Part shown: piece after piece, positions 54,429 to 63,577 of the stretch
How the letters are laid out: the number at the start of each line of letters is the position of its first letter
Position numbering within the stretch: the first letter of the stretch is position 1
Assembly: GCA_046337925.1 (NCBI GenBank)
Contig: JBKCZS010000101.1
Coordinates: 1 to 63,620, forward strand
Source: a bacterium
Lineage (GTDB): Bacteria; Planctomycetota; Phycisphaerae; Phycisphaerales; SM1A02
Direction: 5' to 3'
Length of the DNA: 63,620 nucleotides
Made by a program: the position numbers and the translations under genes
Notes under the pieces: model-generated
Database searches by the model: none
What the model was told of the DNA's origin: nothing
Seen by the model: the letters and a program-made list of their open reading frames with translations, nothing else

Positions 54429-54460
54429 CGCCGTCCCCTTGGTTCGCCAAGGGGGCGGCG
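54429..54460 (+). terminator. GC-rich stem-loop downstream of paralogue 1 (possible terminator, no U-tract)
   Basis: A 12-bp stem cgccgtcccctt/aagggggcggcg with an 8-nt loop. Confidence 0.35.
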
Positions 54461-55224
54461 CGGCGGGGACTTCGACGAGGCCGCGGGCGCCCCGAACGCA
54501 CGCCACGCCCTAAGTATCTTTCCCGCCGAGCATTGCAGCAGCCTCGACCTGGAAAGCGAAGTTCCGCTGACCGGAACGCGCCCCCTCGCTCGCCCGCGCC
54601 GTCGGCACGATTCATCCACCCGGGTGTGGGTGTCCAATCACATTCGTTGAATTCGGAACCAACGGGAACTTGACAGGTGCGGCGGCCGTATTACGCTGCA
54701 CTTGCTAGATGACGGTTGCGGACATACCCGAAGCGAGCGATTGCTCTTCCTTCACCTGTCCTGATTCTCTTCTTTGTCGGCCCCCCGACGCTTTCACGCC
54801 GCAACCGCCGACAACCTGAATCATGCGCTCCCGCGAGCTTTGTGCGGATGGCGTGCCGCCTCTCCCGAGGCACGGCAAGCTCTGGCGGTTGTCTGCCACG
54901 GCTTTTCGGGCGAAACCAGCGATGGTTTTGTTCTCGCCGCGTCCTACCCGGGAAGGCCTCCTCGGGGATCATCTCCTTCACAACTGAAGAGTCACGATCC
55001 CGCGAAGCGAGCGCCGCGAGGTTGCACGAGGCAGCCTGAAGCCGACCTTCGGTGTCTTTCAGACCCGCTGGTCCTCCAGCCCGGCTGCCCGTCCCCACGC
55101 TCACCCCAGCGCCCCACCCTGCCGTTATCGGCGCCTCATTCTTAGGCGTCGCTTCATTCTCGCAGCGGACGGCCCTCAAGCCGCCCAACCAGTCAGTTCC
55201 GCAACTTCCAAGGAGACCTCACTC

Positions 55225-56178
55225 ATGAATCGCAACAAGAGCGGATTCACCCTCGTCGAGCTTCTCGTCGTGGTCGCAATCATCGCCCTCCTCATCGGCC
55301 TGCTCCTCCCGGCTCTCGGCCGTGCGCAGCGCGCCGCCAAGACCCTGAACGACGCTGCGAATGTCTCGCAGATCCACAAGGGCTTCCTCACCTGGGCGAA
55401 CGCCGACCCGAAGGGCTACCTCCCGCTCCCCGGCCTCATCCGTCGCGCGGCTGTCCCCGGCGCCGGCCCCGGTGGCGCTGCGGCCTTCGTCCCTGGTCAG
55501 GGTGAAGAGCAGCAGAACCAGAACAACTCGGCGAACCTCTACAGCGCGATGGTCGCCAAGAACAACATCACGCCGGAGATCCTCGTCTCCCCCGTCGAGG
55601 AGAACCCGGTCGTCCGCGGCATCACGAACTACAACTTCCAGTCGTACAACCCGGCTGGCACCGGCGACGCGTTCGGCCCCTTCCACTGGGACACGAACTT
55701 CAAGGCCAACATCCACCTCGCCAACGACGGCTCGGCCAACGGCGTCTGCCACACCAGCTACGCGCACCTCGCGCTGATCGGTGACCGCAAGAAGCTCTAC
55801 TGGACCAACAAGGCCAGCAGCACCCGTCCGGTCCTCGGCAACCGCGGCACCTTCAACGGCGCCATCAGCGGCGACAACTACCGCCTCAGCTACACGCTGC
55901 TCTTCCACGATCCGCGCGACACCTGGGAAGGCAACATCTGCTACGGCGACAACCACGTGAACCTCGAGAAGAGCGTGATCCCCGACACCGTCCAGTTCGA
56001 GTGCGGCTCGATCAACCTCAAGAAGGACAACATCTACACCTTCAGCGACTTCGCCTCGGGCGGCTGCAAGGGCATCCAGGAAGGCGATACCTGGATGTGC
56101 ATCGGCATCGGCAACCCGACCAACACGGTCTACACCGCTGCTCCTGAGAAGCTCACCACCGGCGCCAACCCCACCTGA
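55225..56178 (+). CDS. Prepilin-type N-terminal cleavage/methylation domain protein (DUF1559-like), paralogue 2
   Basis: SD AAGGAGA. MNRNKSG|FTLVELLVVVAIIALLIGLLLPALGRAQ. The C-terminal half is nearly identical to paralogue 1. Confidence 0.88.
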   Translation: MNRNKSGFTLVELLVVVAIIALLIGLLLPALGRAQRAAKTLNDAANVSQIHKGFLTWANADPKGYLPLPGLIRRAAVPGAGPGGAAAFVPGQGEEQQNQNNSANLYSAMVAKNNITPEILVSPVEENPVVRGITNYNFQSYNPAGTGDAFGPFHWDTNFKANIHLANDGSANGVCHTSYAHLALIGDRKKLYWTNKASSTRPVLGNRGTFNGAISGDNYRLSYTLLFHDPRDTWEGNICYGDNHVNLEKSVIPDTVQFECGSINLKKDNIYTFSDFASGGCKGIQEGDTWMCIGIGNPTNTVYTAAPEKLTTGANPT

Positions 56179-56247
56179 TCGGTGGTTGGACGCTGTACCA
56201 AAGCGTTCGTTTCATTCTCATCCCCATCATCTTTGGAGAACATTCGT

Positions 56248-57120
56248 ATGCGAAACAACAAGACAGCCGGCTCGAAGGGCTTCACCCTCATCGAGCTCCT
56301 GGTCGTCATGGGCATCATTGCGCTGCTCCTGGCGATCCTCCTCCCGGTGCTCGGCCGCGCCCGCGCCTACACCAAGCAGGTGAAGGACTCGAAGCAGGTC
56401 GGCGACGTGCACAAGGGCTTCCAGTGGCTCAGCCGCGACAACAACGGCGTCTTCCCCTCGCCGGGACTTGCCGACCGTCTGCCGGTCAACGGCACGAACA
56501 TCCCGGGCAAGGGCGCAGAGGACCCGACGCAGAATCACCACGCTGCGATGTACTCCCTCTGCATCATGCGCAACGCGCTCACGACCGACATCCTCGTGAG
56601 CCCCGCCGAGGTCAGCACCCAGGTGCTCGTGCTCGCCAACTACAACTTCGACGCGTACAACCCGACCGCCACGGTCGACCAGTTCTGGGATCCGCAGTTC
56701 CAGGCGAACCTCAGCCCCGGTCAGCTCTGCAATGTCAGCTACGGCACGCTCCACCCGCTCGGCCTGCGCCGCGCGCAGCAGTGGCGTGACACGCTCGACT
56801 CGAAGTTCGTCGTCGTGGGCAACCGCGGCGTGATCAACGGCAGCCTTGCCCCGAGCGACTACCTCGCCTCGAAGACGATCCAGATCCACGGCGGCGCGCG
56901 CGAATGGGAAGGCAACATGGTCTTCAACGATGGCCACGTGACCTTCGAGCGCACCTTCCAGCCGGGTGGCCATGTCCAGTGGACCCAGGGTTCGACCACG
57001 ATCGACGACAATGTCTTCAAGGAAGATCCCGAAGCGGCGGGTCGCGACTCGTGGCTGACCGTCTGCAGCGCCATCACCGGCAGCGGCACCACCTACACCG
57101 CCACGATCCACTGGGACTGA
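56248..57120 (+). CDS. Prepilin-type N-terminal cleavage/methylation domain protein (DUF1559-like), divergent paralogue 3
   Basis: GGAG lies upstream. MRNNKTAGSKG|FTLIELLVVMGIIALLLAILLPVLGRAR. C-terminal NMVFNDGHVTF. Confidence 0.85.
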   Translation: MRNNKTAGSKGFTLIELLVVMGIIALLLAILLPVLGRARAYTKQVKDSKQVGDVHKGFQWLSRDNNGVFPSPGLADRLPVNGTNIPGKGAEDPTQNHHAAMYSLCIMRNALTTDILVSPAEVSTQVLVLANYNFDAYNPTATVDQFWDPQFQANLSPGQLCNVSYGTLHPLGLRRAQQWRDTLDSKFVVVGNRGVINGSLAPSDYLASKTIQIHGGAREWEGNMVFNDGHVTFERTFQPGGHVQWTQGSTTIDDNVFKEDPEAAGRDSWLTVCSAITGSGTTYTATIHWD

Positions 57121-57164
57121 TTCCAACGGAATCCATCTCACCGGACCAACGGTGCTGAAACTTC

Positions 57165-57200
57165 CGGACGGCCGACCTCGCGGCGGCCGTCCGTGTTTTT
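57165..57200 (+). terminator. Rho-independent terminator after the prepilin-like gene array
   Basis: A 10-bp stem cggacggccg/cggccgtccg (57165-57174 and 57184-57193), followed by tgTTTTT. Confidence 0.75.
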
Positions 57201-57240
57201 GCAGGGGCTGCGTGCGCCGCGCATGGCGTACGATCCCGCC

Positions 57241-58863
57241 ATGCCTTCGAATCTGGCGGGTTGGCTCTCGGCGTTGGTCGCGTGGATCGCCGCATGCGCG
57301 GCGGGCGTTGCCGCCTTTGCGCAAGAGGCACCGAAGCCCGCCGACGAACTGCGCGCCGTCCCGTCGGGCAGGCAGGCAGGCCGCATCGCCGTGCTTCCCA
57401 TCTCGGGACCGATCGACCAGGTCTCGCTCTGGTCGTTCGAGCGCCGCCTCAAGGCCGTGCAGGAAGGCGCCTACGACGCGCTCGTGATCGAACTCGACAC
57501 TCCGGGCGGCGAGGTCGAGGCCACCCTCGACATCTGCCTCCGGATCAAGAGCGACGCGCCTGCGAACACGGTGGCCTGGATCCACCCGAAGGCCTACAGC
57601 GCGGGAACGCTTATCGCGTTGGCGTGCCGCGAACTCGTCGTCTCGCCGGGATCGGTGTTCGGCGACGCCGCGCCGATCACGGTGATGCCGGGTCTCGGCG
57701 TGCAGCCGCTTCCAGCAGCCGAGCGCGCGAAGTTCGAGTCGCCGCTCCTCGACGAACTCGATGCGGCCGCCACCAAGCGCGGCGACGACCCTCGGCTCCT
57801 GCACGCGTTCGTCGTCACCGAGCGCGAGCTCTGGCTCATCGAGCGCACCGCCGACGGCGTGCGACGCTTCGCCGACCGCGACGAACTCAAGCTCCTCGGC
57901 CTCGAGCCGGCCGCGGCGATCACCGCCCCGAAGGACCTGCCGCAGCGCCGCGCCTCGACGCCGACCGAACTTCCGCTCACCGAGGCCGATCGCGGCGCGT
58001 GGCGCGTCCTCGAGACCGTCGACTCGGACTCGCGGCTCCTCGTCGCGCAGTCGGACGAGGCGATCCGCTGGGGCCTCGCCGCCGACACGGTGAAGGACGA
58101 TGCGGCGCTGAAGTCGTTCTTCGCGGCGAAGGAACTCGTCCGCTTCCCGGAGAACTGGGCGGAGACCCTCGTGCGCTTCCTCGTCTCGTGGCCGATCCGC
58201 ATCATCCTCATCGGGATCTTCGTCGTCGCGCTTGTGATCGAGGGGCTCCACCCCGGCGTCGGCGTCGCGGGCGGGATCGCCGCGGGCGCGATGCTGCTCC
58301 TCATCGGTGCGCCCGCGCTCATCGGCCTTGCGGAGTGGTGGGAGATCCTCCTCGTCCTCGCGGGAATCCTGCTGATCGCGGTCGAGGTGTTCATCATCCC
58401 GGGGACCGGCGTCGCGGGAATCGCAGGCGCGCTCTGCGTGCTCGTCGGCCTGATCGCCAGCTTCACGGGAACCGATCCCACCAGCGCGACCGAGCGCGGC
58501 GCGCTCATCACCGCGTCGACCACCACCGTCGCAGGACTCTTCGTCGGCGGGATCCTCGCGTGGTTCGCATCGCGCTGGTTCCGGGAGACCGCGGTCTTCC
58601 GTCGTGCGGTGCTCTCCGCGTCCGCAACGGGCGCGATCGAGCAACCCAGCCGGCACGCGCCGACATTGCCCGCGACGGGAACGATCTGCGTCGCGGACAC
58701 CGACCTGCGTCCCTCGGGACGCTGCGAGCACAACGGAGAGCTCTTCGACGCGCAGTCGACCGGCGAGTACATTCCGCGCGGAGATTCCGTGCGGGTCGTC
58801 GGCCGCATGGGAAGTTCGCTGATGGTCGAACGCGCGGACGACGCGAAGGGTGGCACCGCATGA
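57241..58863 (+). CDS. NfeD-family membrane-bound ClpP-class serine protease
   Basis: Signal/TM MPSNLAGWLSALVAWIAACAAGVAAFAQ. ClpP-like domain (VIELDTPGGEV, AYSAGTLIA). The central region has multiple TM helices, and the C-terminus is an NfeD OB domain. An alternative ATG lies at 57223. Confidence 0.82.
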   Translation: MPSNLAGWLSALVAWIAACAAGVAAFAQEAPKPADELRAVPSGRQAGRIAVLPISGPIDQVSLWSFERRLKAVQEGAYDALVIELDTPGGEVEATLDICLRIKSDAPANTVAWIHPKAYSAGTLIALACRELVVSPGSVFGDAAPITVMPGLGVQPLPAAERAKFESPLLDELDAAATKRGDDPRLLHAFVVTERELWLIERTADGVRRFADRDELKLLGLEPAAAITAPKDLPQRRASTPTELPLTEADRGAWRVLETVDSDSRLLVAQSDEAIRWGLAADTVKDDAALKSFFAAKELVRFPENWAETLVRFLVSWPIRIILIGIFVVALVIEGLHPGVGVAGGIAAGAMLLLIGAPALIGLAEWWEILLVLAGILLIAVEVFIIPGTGVAGIAGALCVLVGLIASFTGTDPTSATERGALITASTTTVAGLFVGGILAWFASRWFRETAVFRRAVLSASATGAIEQPSRHAPTLPATGTICVADTDLRPSGRCEHNGELFDAQSTGEYIPRGDSVRVVGRMGSSLMVERADDAKGGTA

Positions 58864-59384
58864 GCGATGAACAGACCTCCGGCACGCTGATCGCCTCCAT
58901 CCTCCTCGGAGTCGCCACCTTCGGCATCTTCATCATCGAACTGCTGATCCCGACGGGAGGCCTGCTCGCGATCCTGTGCGTCGTCAGCGCGATCGCATCG
59001 ATCGTGCTCGGTTTCATGCACGACCCGACGACGGGCATGGTGCTGCTTGCGCTCTACTCGCTCGCGGCTCCCTTCATGGTGGTCATCGGCCTCCGCGTGG
59101 CCACCAAGTCGCCGATCGGCCGGAAGCTCGTGCTGCACGCGGAGATCCCCGCCCGAACGGGCGCCGAGCCCACGCCTGCAACGGCACTTCCTGCCGTGGG
59201 CGACGCCGGCGAGGCGATCACCCCGTTACGTCCCGGCGGCTTCGTCCGCATCGGCGGGCGTCGCATCGACGCGACCGCAGAAGGCGACCTGGTCGACGCG
59301 GGCACGCCCATCGAGGTCGTGTCCGTCCGCGACGGCCAGGTTCGGGTGCGGCCGCAGCGCGGCGGACCCCCTGCTACAGTCTGA
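58860..59384 (+). CDS. Short NfeD-like membrane protein (TM helices + C-terminal OB-fold)
   Basis: The ATG overlaps the preceding stop (ATGA). There are two or three TM helices, then GEAITPLRPGGFVRIGGRRIDATAEGDLVDAGTPIEVVSVRDGQVRV. Confidence 0.78.
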   Translation: MSDEQTSGTLIASILLGVATFGIFIIELLIPTGGLLAILCVVSAIASIVLGFMHDPTTGMVLLALYSLAAPFMVVIGLRVATKSPIGRKLVLHAEIPARTGAEPTPATALPAVGDAGEAITPLRPGGFVRIGGRRIDATAEGDLVDAGTPIEVVSVRDGQVRVRPQRGGPPATV

Positions 59385-59426
59385 CCCCGCGGCCGCGTCG
59401 GGCTGCCTCATCTCAGGGAAGAAACC

Positions 59427-60452
59427 ATGCTTCAGATCCTCGCGCAGACTATCACTCCCCCCCAGGTCATCACCTGGATCCTCCTCGGCATCCTCGCCCT
59501 GGTCGGCCTCTTCATCTTCTTCGTCATGCTCGGCGTCCTGAAGCTGTATGTGCAAGCGCTCTTCAGCGACGCGAAGGTCGCCATGCTCGACCTCATCATG
59601 ATGCGCCTCCGCAAGGTGCCGCCCGAGGTCGTCGTCCTCAACCGCATCACCGCCAAGAAGGCCGGCATCGACATCCCCACCGACCTCATGGAAGCCCACT
59701 ACCTCGCCCGCGGCAATGTCAGCCGCGTGGTCGCGGCCATGATCGCGGCCGACAAGGCAGGCATCGAACTTCCGTGGAACGCCGCCACCGGCATCGACCT
59801 CGCGGGACGCGACATCCTCGACGCCGTCCAGACCTCGGTGAACCCGAAGGTGATCGACTGCCCGAGCATCCAGTCGGGCAAGACCACGATCGACGCGGTC
59901 GCGAAGGACGGAATCCAGCTGCGTGCGAAGGCGCGCGTGACCGTGCGCACCGCGATCGGCCGACTCGTCGGTGGCGCGACCGAGGAGACCATCATCGCCC
60001 GCGTCGGCGAAGGCATCATCTCGACCATCGGCTCTGCGCTCGACCACAAGAGCGTGCTTGAGAACCCCGACAAGATCTCGAAGACCGTGCTCGCGAAGGG
60101 CCTCGACTCGGGCACTGCGTTCGAGATCCTCTCGATCGACATCGCCGATGTCGATGTCGGCGAAAACATCGGCGCGCAGCTGCAGGCCGCGCAGGCAGAA
60201 GCCGACACCAAGCGCTTCCAGGCGCAGGCCGAACAGCGCCGCGCGCTGGCAGTCGCACTCGAGGCGGAGTACCAGGCCGAGGCGCAGAAGAACCGCGCGC
60301 TCGTCGTGCTCTCGGAAGCCGATGTGCCGAAGGCGGTCGCAGAGAGCCTCCGCACCGGCAAGCTCGGGCTGATGGACTACTACCGCATGCAGAATGTGAT
60401 GGCCGATACGCAGATGCGTACGGCGATCGGCGGCGGTCCGCAGCAGAGCTGA
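59427..60452 (+). CDS. floA: Flotillin-like protein FloA (UPF0365/YqfA family, SPFH)
   Basis: Close match by recall to Bacillus YqfA across the length: [52 protein letters not shown] and [21 protein letters not shown]. Confidence 0.9.
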   Translation: MLQILAQTITPPQVITWILLGILALVGLFIFFVMLGVLKLYVQALFSDAKVAMLDLIMMRLRKVPPEVVVLNRITAKKAGIDIPTDLMEAHYLARGNVSRVVAAMIAADKAGIELPWNAATGIDLAGRDILDAVQTSVNPKVIDCPSIQSGKTTIDAVAKDGIQLRAKARVTVRTAIGRLVGGATEETIIARVGEGIISTIGSALDHKSVLENPDKISKTVLAKGLDSGTAFEILSIDIADVDVGENIGAQLQAAQAEADTKRFQAQAEQRRALAVALEAEYQAEAQKNRALVVLSEADVPKAVAESLRTGKLGLMDYYRMQNVMADTQMRTAIGGGPQQS

Positions 60453-60470
60453 TCGACGGCGACCGATTCG

Positions 60471-61223
60471 ATGGCCACGCTGCATGTCGTCATGCCCGTC
60501 TACAACGAGCCTGTGACGCTGGCGGCGGCGGTTGCGCGCGTGCTGGCTGCGCCGATGCCCGCAGGCTGGCAGTTGCGTGCGACGCTCATCGACGACGGTT
60601 CCGACGCCGCGACGAAGGCCGCCATCGCCGACATCGCGGCCCGGCTTCCGGTGACCGCGCTCGCGCATGCGAAGAACCGAGGCAAAGGCGCCGCGATCCG
60701 CACCGGCTTCGCGCATGTCCTGACGCACGCGGCCGATGACGACGCGATCCTGATCCAGGACGCCGACCTCGAGTACGACCCGGCCGACTTCCAGGCGCTT
60801 CTCGTGCCGCTCGTTGCCGGCGAGGCCGACCTCGTCCTCGGAAACCGCTGGGCGACGCCGCCCAAGGGCCTCAAGCGCCTCGCGCACCGGCTCGCGAACG
60901 GCTTCCTCACGCTCGCAAGCAACATCACCACCGGCCTGAAGGTGCACGACATGGAGTGCTGCTTCAAGCTCTTCACCGTGCCAGCGATGCGCCGCGTGAT
61001 CGGCGACCTCGACGAAGAACGATTCGGGATCGAGCCGCAGATCGTGGCGTCGGCCGCGCGGCACGGGCTGCGCGTCCGCGAGGTGCCCGTCTCCTACGCG
61101 CCGCGCAGCTTCGAGGAAGGCAAGAAGATCCGCATGAAGGACGGCTTCCGCGTGTTCGTCGTCCTGTGGCGCGAGCGTGGCCGCACGAAGCGCCTTGCAC
61201 GCGCGGTACACTCGCGCGCGTGA
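60471..61223 (+). CDS. Family 2 glycosyltransferase (polyprenyl-phosphate sugar transferase-like)
   Basis: VVMPVYNE, DDGSD, NRGKGAAIRTG and QDADLEYDP. Confidence 0.88.
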   Translation: MATLHVVMPVYNEPVTLAAAVARVLAAPMPAGWQLRATLIDDGSDAATKAAIADIAARLPVTALAHAKNRGKGAAIRTGFAHVLTHAADDDAILIQDADLEYDPADFQALLVPLVAGEADLVLGNRWATPPKGLKRLAHRLANGFLTLASNITTGLKVHDMECCFKLFTVPAMRRVIGDLDEERFGIEPQIVASAARHGLRVREVPVSYAPRSFEEGKKIRMKDGFRVFVVLWRERGRTKRLARAVHSRA

Positions 61224-62239
61224 GCGAAGCCGCCCCAAGCGACCAGCCGAAGCGCCCCTCGCGGCTCAAGCTCGCGATGCAGGTGGCGGGTTTCGCCGTC
61301 GGCTGCGCGCTCGTGGCCTGGTGTGCCCAGCGTGCGTTCGCGGAGGGCGGCGAAGGCCTCAACAAGCTCTGGAACGCGGACCGATCGCTCGTCGCGCTGC
61401 TCATGCTGTCGACGCTCGGCTCGATCGTGTGCTCAGGCTACACCTTCTGGGCGATCGCGCGACCGATCCGCCGCTTCAGCGTCGTCGAGATGCAGGCCGT
61501 CAACCTGATGGCCTCGCTCTCCAACTACGCGCCTGTCCGCCTCGGGCTCTTCCTGCGCTGCGCCTTCCACTGGCGCGTCGAGCGCATGCCGGGCACCGAT
61601 ATCGCCGCGTGGATCGTGGGCGTCGCGATCGTGACGCTCGGCACGCTCGCCTCCGCGATCGCCGCGGGGCTCGTCCAGATTCCCGCTGGCCGCAGCGAAC
61701 TCGCGCTCGACTGGATGTGGTTCGCGACCTACGCCGCGTGCATCGTCGCGGGCAGCGCGCTCACCATCTTCGTTTGCCGCAGGCCCGTCCTCAGCCGCTT
61801 CCTGAAGGGCGGGGAGCGCACGCTCAACGATCCAAGTGCGCTCGCGGGCGGCCTCGCGTTCCGCACCGTCGATGTCGCGATGTGGACGCTTCGCATGTGG
61901 GCGGCCGCCAAGATCGTCGGTGTCTCGCTCAACCCCGCACAGGCCGCGCTCCTCGCTGGCGTCGCGATCCTCGGCGCCGGCAACCCGCTCGGCCGGATCG
62001 GGTGGCGCGAGGCGTTCGTCACCGTCGTCGCGCCCTACATCATCACGGGCACCTCGAGCTCCAAGGAACTCGACATGCTGACCTCGCAGCTTGCGCTGCT
62101 CGAGAGCGCGAGCGAGGCGATCCTCACCATTCCGCTTGGAATCCTCGGATCGATCTGGTGCCTCTGGGCGATCCGCCGCGCCGCGAAGTCGCCAAACGCC
62201 GTCGCCGCGGCAAACCTACCCTCCTCGTCGCAACCGTGA
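61220..62239 (+). CDS. Flippase-like / UPF0104 (LPG-synthase TM-type) integral membrane protein
   Basis: The GTG start overlaps the GT2 stop (GTGA). About 8 TM helices. The family assignment is tentative. Confidence 0.65.
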   Translation: MSEAAPSDQPKRPSRLKLAMQVAGFAVGCALVAWCAQRAFAEGGEGLNKLWNADRSLVALLMLSTLGSIVCSGYTFWAIARPIRRFSVVEMQAVNLMASLSNYAPVRLGLFLRCAFHWRVERMPGTDIAAWIVGVAIVTLGTLASAIAAGLVQIPAGRSELALDWMWFATYAACIVAGSALTIFVCRRPVLSRFLKGGERTLNDPSALAGGLAFRTVDVAMWTLRMWAAAKIVGVSLNPAQAALLAGVAILGAGNPLGRIGWREAFVTVVAPYIITGTSSSKELDMLTSQLALLESASEAILTIPLGILGSIWCLWAIRRAAKSPNAVAAANLPSSSQP

Positions 62240-63510
62240 GCGAACCGAAGCCCATCGCCCTGCCGATCCTCGTGCTGCCCGTGCGCGAGCAGCGCTACAG
62301 CTGCCACGGCTGCGGCAACTGCTGCCGCGACTTCACGGTGCAGCTGCGTCCGGCCGACCTCGAGAAGCTGCGCGCGCAGGACTGGGAGACGAAGCTCGGG
62401 ATGCCGGTCACGACCGAGTTCCGCGGCGTCACCTACCTCAGGCAGCGCGAGGATGGCGGCTGCGTGTTCCTGATGGACGACGGCCTCTGTCGGATCCACA
62501 AGGACTACGGCTTCTCCGAGAAGCCGGTCGCGTGCCAGCTGTTCCCGTTCGTCCTCGTGCCCGACGACCGCAAGACGCATGTCGGCATCAGCTTCGCCTG
62601 CCAGAGCGTGCGCGAGAACAAGGGCGCGGAACTGCGCAGCCATCTCTCCGAGATCGACCGCATGAGCCGCGGCGTGCCCGAGACGCGCCTCGCGACCTAC
62701 ACCGCGATGCTCGCCGACGCGATGGGCGCGAAGGAAGGCGAGCTCGACGCGCTCGCGCAGCTCATCGACCGCCATCTCGCGCGCGAGGACCTCACGATGC
62801 GCGACCGCTTCGACGGACTCGCGTGGATCGCGGCGAATCTCGGCCGCGCGAAGCTCGCCGAAGTGCGTGCGACCCGCTTCAAGGAGCTCGTGCAGGTCCT
62901 CACCGCCGCGCTGCCCGATGAACTCCAGCACCTGCCGCTCGAGGGCGCGCTGCCGAAGCAGCTGCGCCTCCTTCGCCAGGCTGTCTACGCGCGCCTCGAG
63001 GATGTGCAGGTCAACCAGGCGAAGGCGAAAGGCCGCTGGCGCACGGTGCTGGCGCAGCTCCTCGCGAGCCGCGCGTTCACGCGCGGCAAGGGCCGCGTGC
63101 CGGCGGTTGCGCGCGGGCTGCTCGACGGCGCGGATTTCGCCGCGATTTCGCGCGTCCCCGCGCTTTCCGAAAGCCCCGACCGCGACGCGATCGACCAGCT
63201 GCTCTCGCGCTACACGCGCGCCACGATCCTCGGCAACCGCGCGTGGGGCGCGGGCTACTACGGATGGCCGGCCGTGCGCGGCCTGCAGGCGCTGGTCCTG
63301 AACATCGCGTGCGTCGCGTGGCTCGCGCGCATGCTCGCCGCGAAGCGCGGCCATGAGCACGCGACCATCGACGATGTCCGCGACGCGCTCGGCCGCATCG
63401 ACCGCCACGCTGGCCGCGCGCCCGTGCTCGGCTCGGTCGGCGAACGCCTGCGGCTCGAGTACTTCCGCCTCGACGACGGCCTGCGCCGCATCATGCGCGA
63501 GAGCGTGTAG
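62236..63510 (+). CDS. YkgJ-family cysteine-cluster (CxxCxxCC) protein with a long helical C-terminal domain
   Basis: The GTG start overlaps the upstream stop (GTGA). YSCHGCGNCCRDF...GGCVFL..DGLCRIH...PVACQLFPF. Confidence 0.75.
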   Translation: MSEPKPIALPILVLPVREQRYSCHGCGNCCRDFTVQLRPADLEKLRAQDWETKLGMPVTTEFRGVTYLRQREDGGCVFLMDDGLCRIHKDYGFSEKPVACQLFPFVLVPDDRKTHVGISFACQSVRENKGAELRSHLSEIDRMSRGVPETRLATYTAMLADAMGAKEGELDALAQLIDRHLAREDLTMRDRFDGLAWIAANLGRAKLAEVRATRFKELVQVLTAALPDELQHLPLEGALPKQLRLLRQAVYARLEDVQVNQAKAKGRWRTVLAQLLASRAFTRGKGRVPAVARGLLDGADFAAISRVPALSESPDRDAIDQLLSRYTRATILGNRAWGAGYYGWPAVRGLQALVLNIACVAWLARMLAAKRGHEHATIDDVRDALGRIDRHAGRAPVLGSVGERLRLEYFRLDDGLRRIMRESV

Positions 63511-63527
63511 GGCACAGAACCGTCCTG

Positions 63528-63577
63528 GTCGTCAGCCCAAATGGGTGGCACTACTTCCAGTAGTGCGGAGTCGAGGT
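63528..63577. repeat. Third copy of the ~45-nt hairpin repeat unit seen at 29.5 kb
   Basis: ggtcgtcagcccaaatgggtggcactacttccagtagtgcggagtcgagg compared with ggtcgacagccaaaatgggtgccactgcttctagcagtgcggagtcggac at 29509-29558. Confidence 0.85.

Noticed and set aside
54840-54990. Possible c-di-GMP (GEMM-I) riboswitch or other known RNA (RNase P, tmRNA, SRP, 6S) in the long leader, prompted by GGGCGAAACC and a GNRA hairpin.
   Set aside because: I could not find the conserved GEMM-I elements (the ACGCAAAGCC-type second helix or a tetraloop receptor), nor the signature boxes of RNase P (GGAAAGTCCGG), tmRNA or SRP on either strand. It is kept only as an unexplained structured leader that needs cmscan.
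57261-59384. A 707-aa ORF overlapping the NfeD gene.
   Set aside because: The first ~530 aa are Arg-rich shadow sequence of the NfeD frame. Only the last 174 aa (from MSDEQTSG at 58860) look like a real membrane/OB-fold protein.
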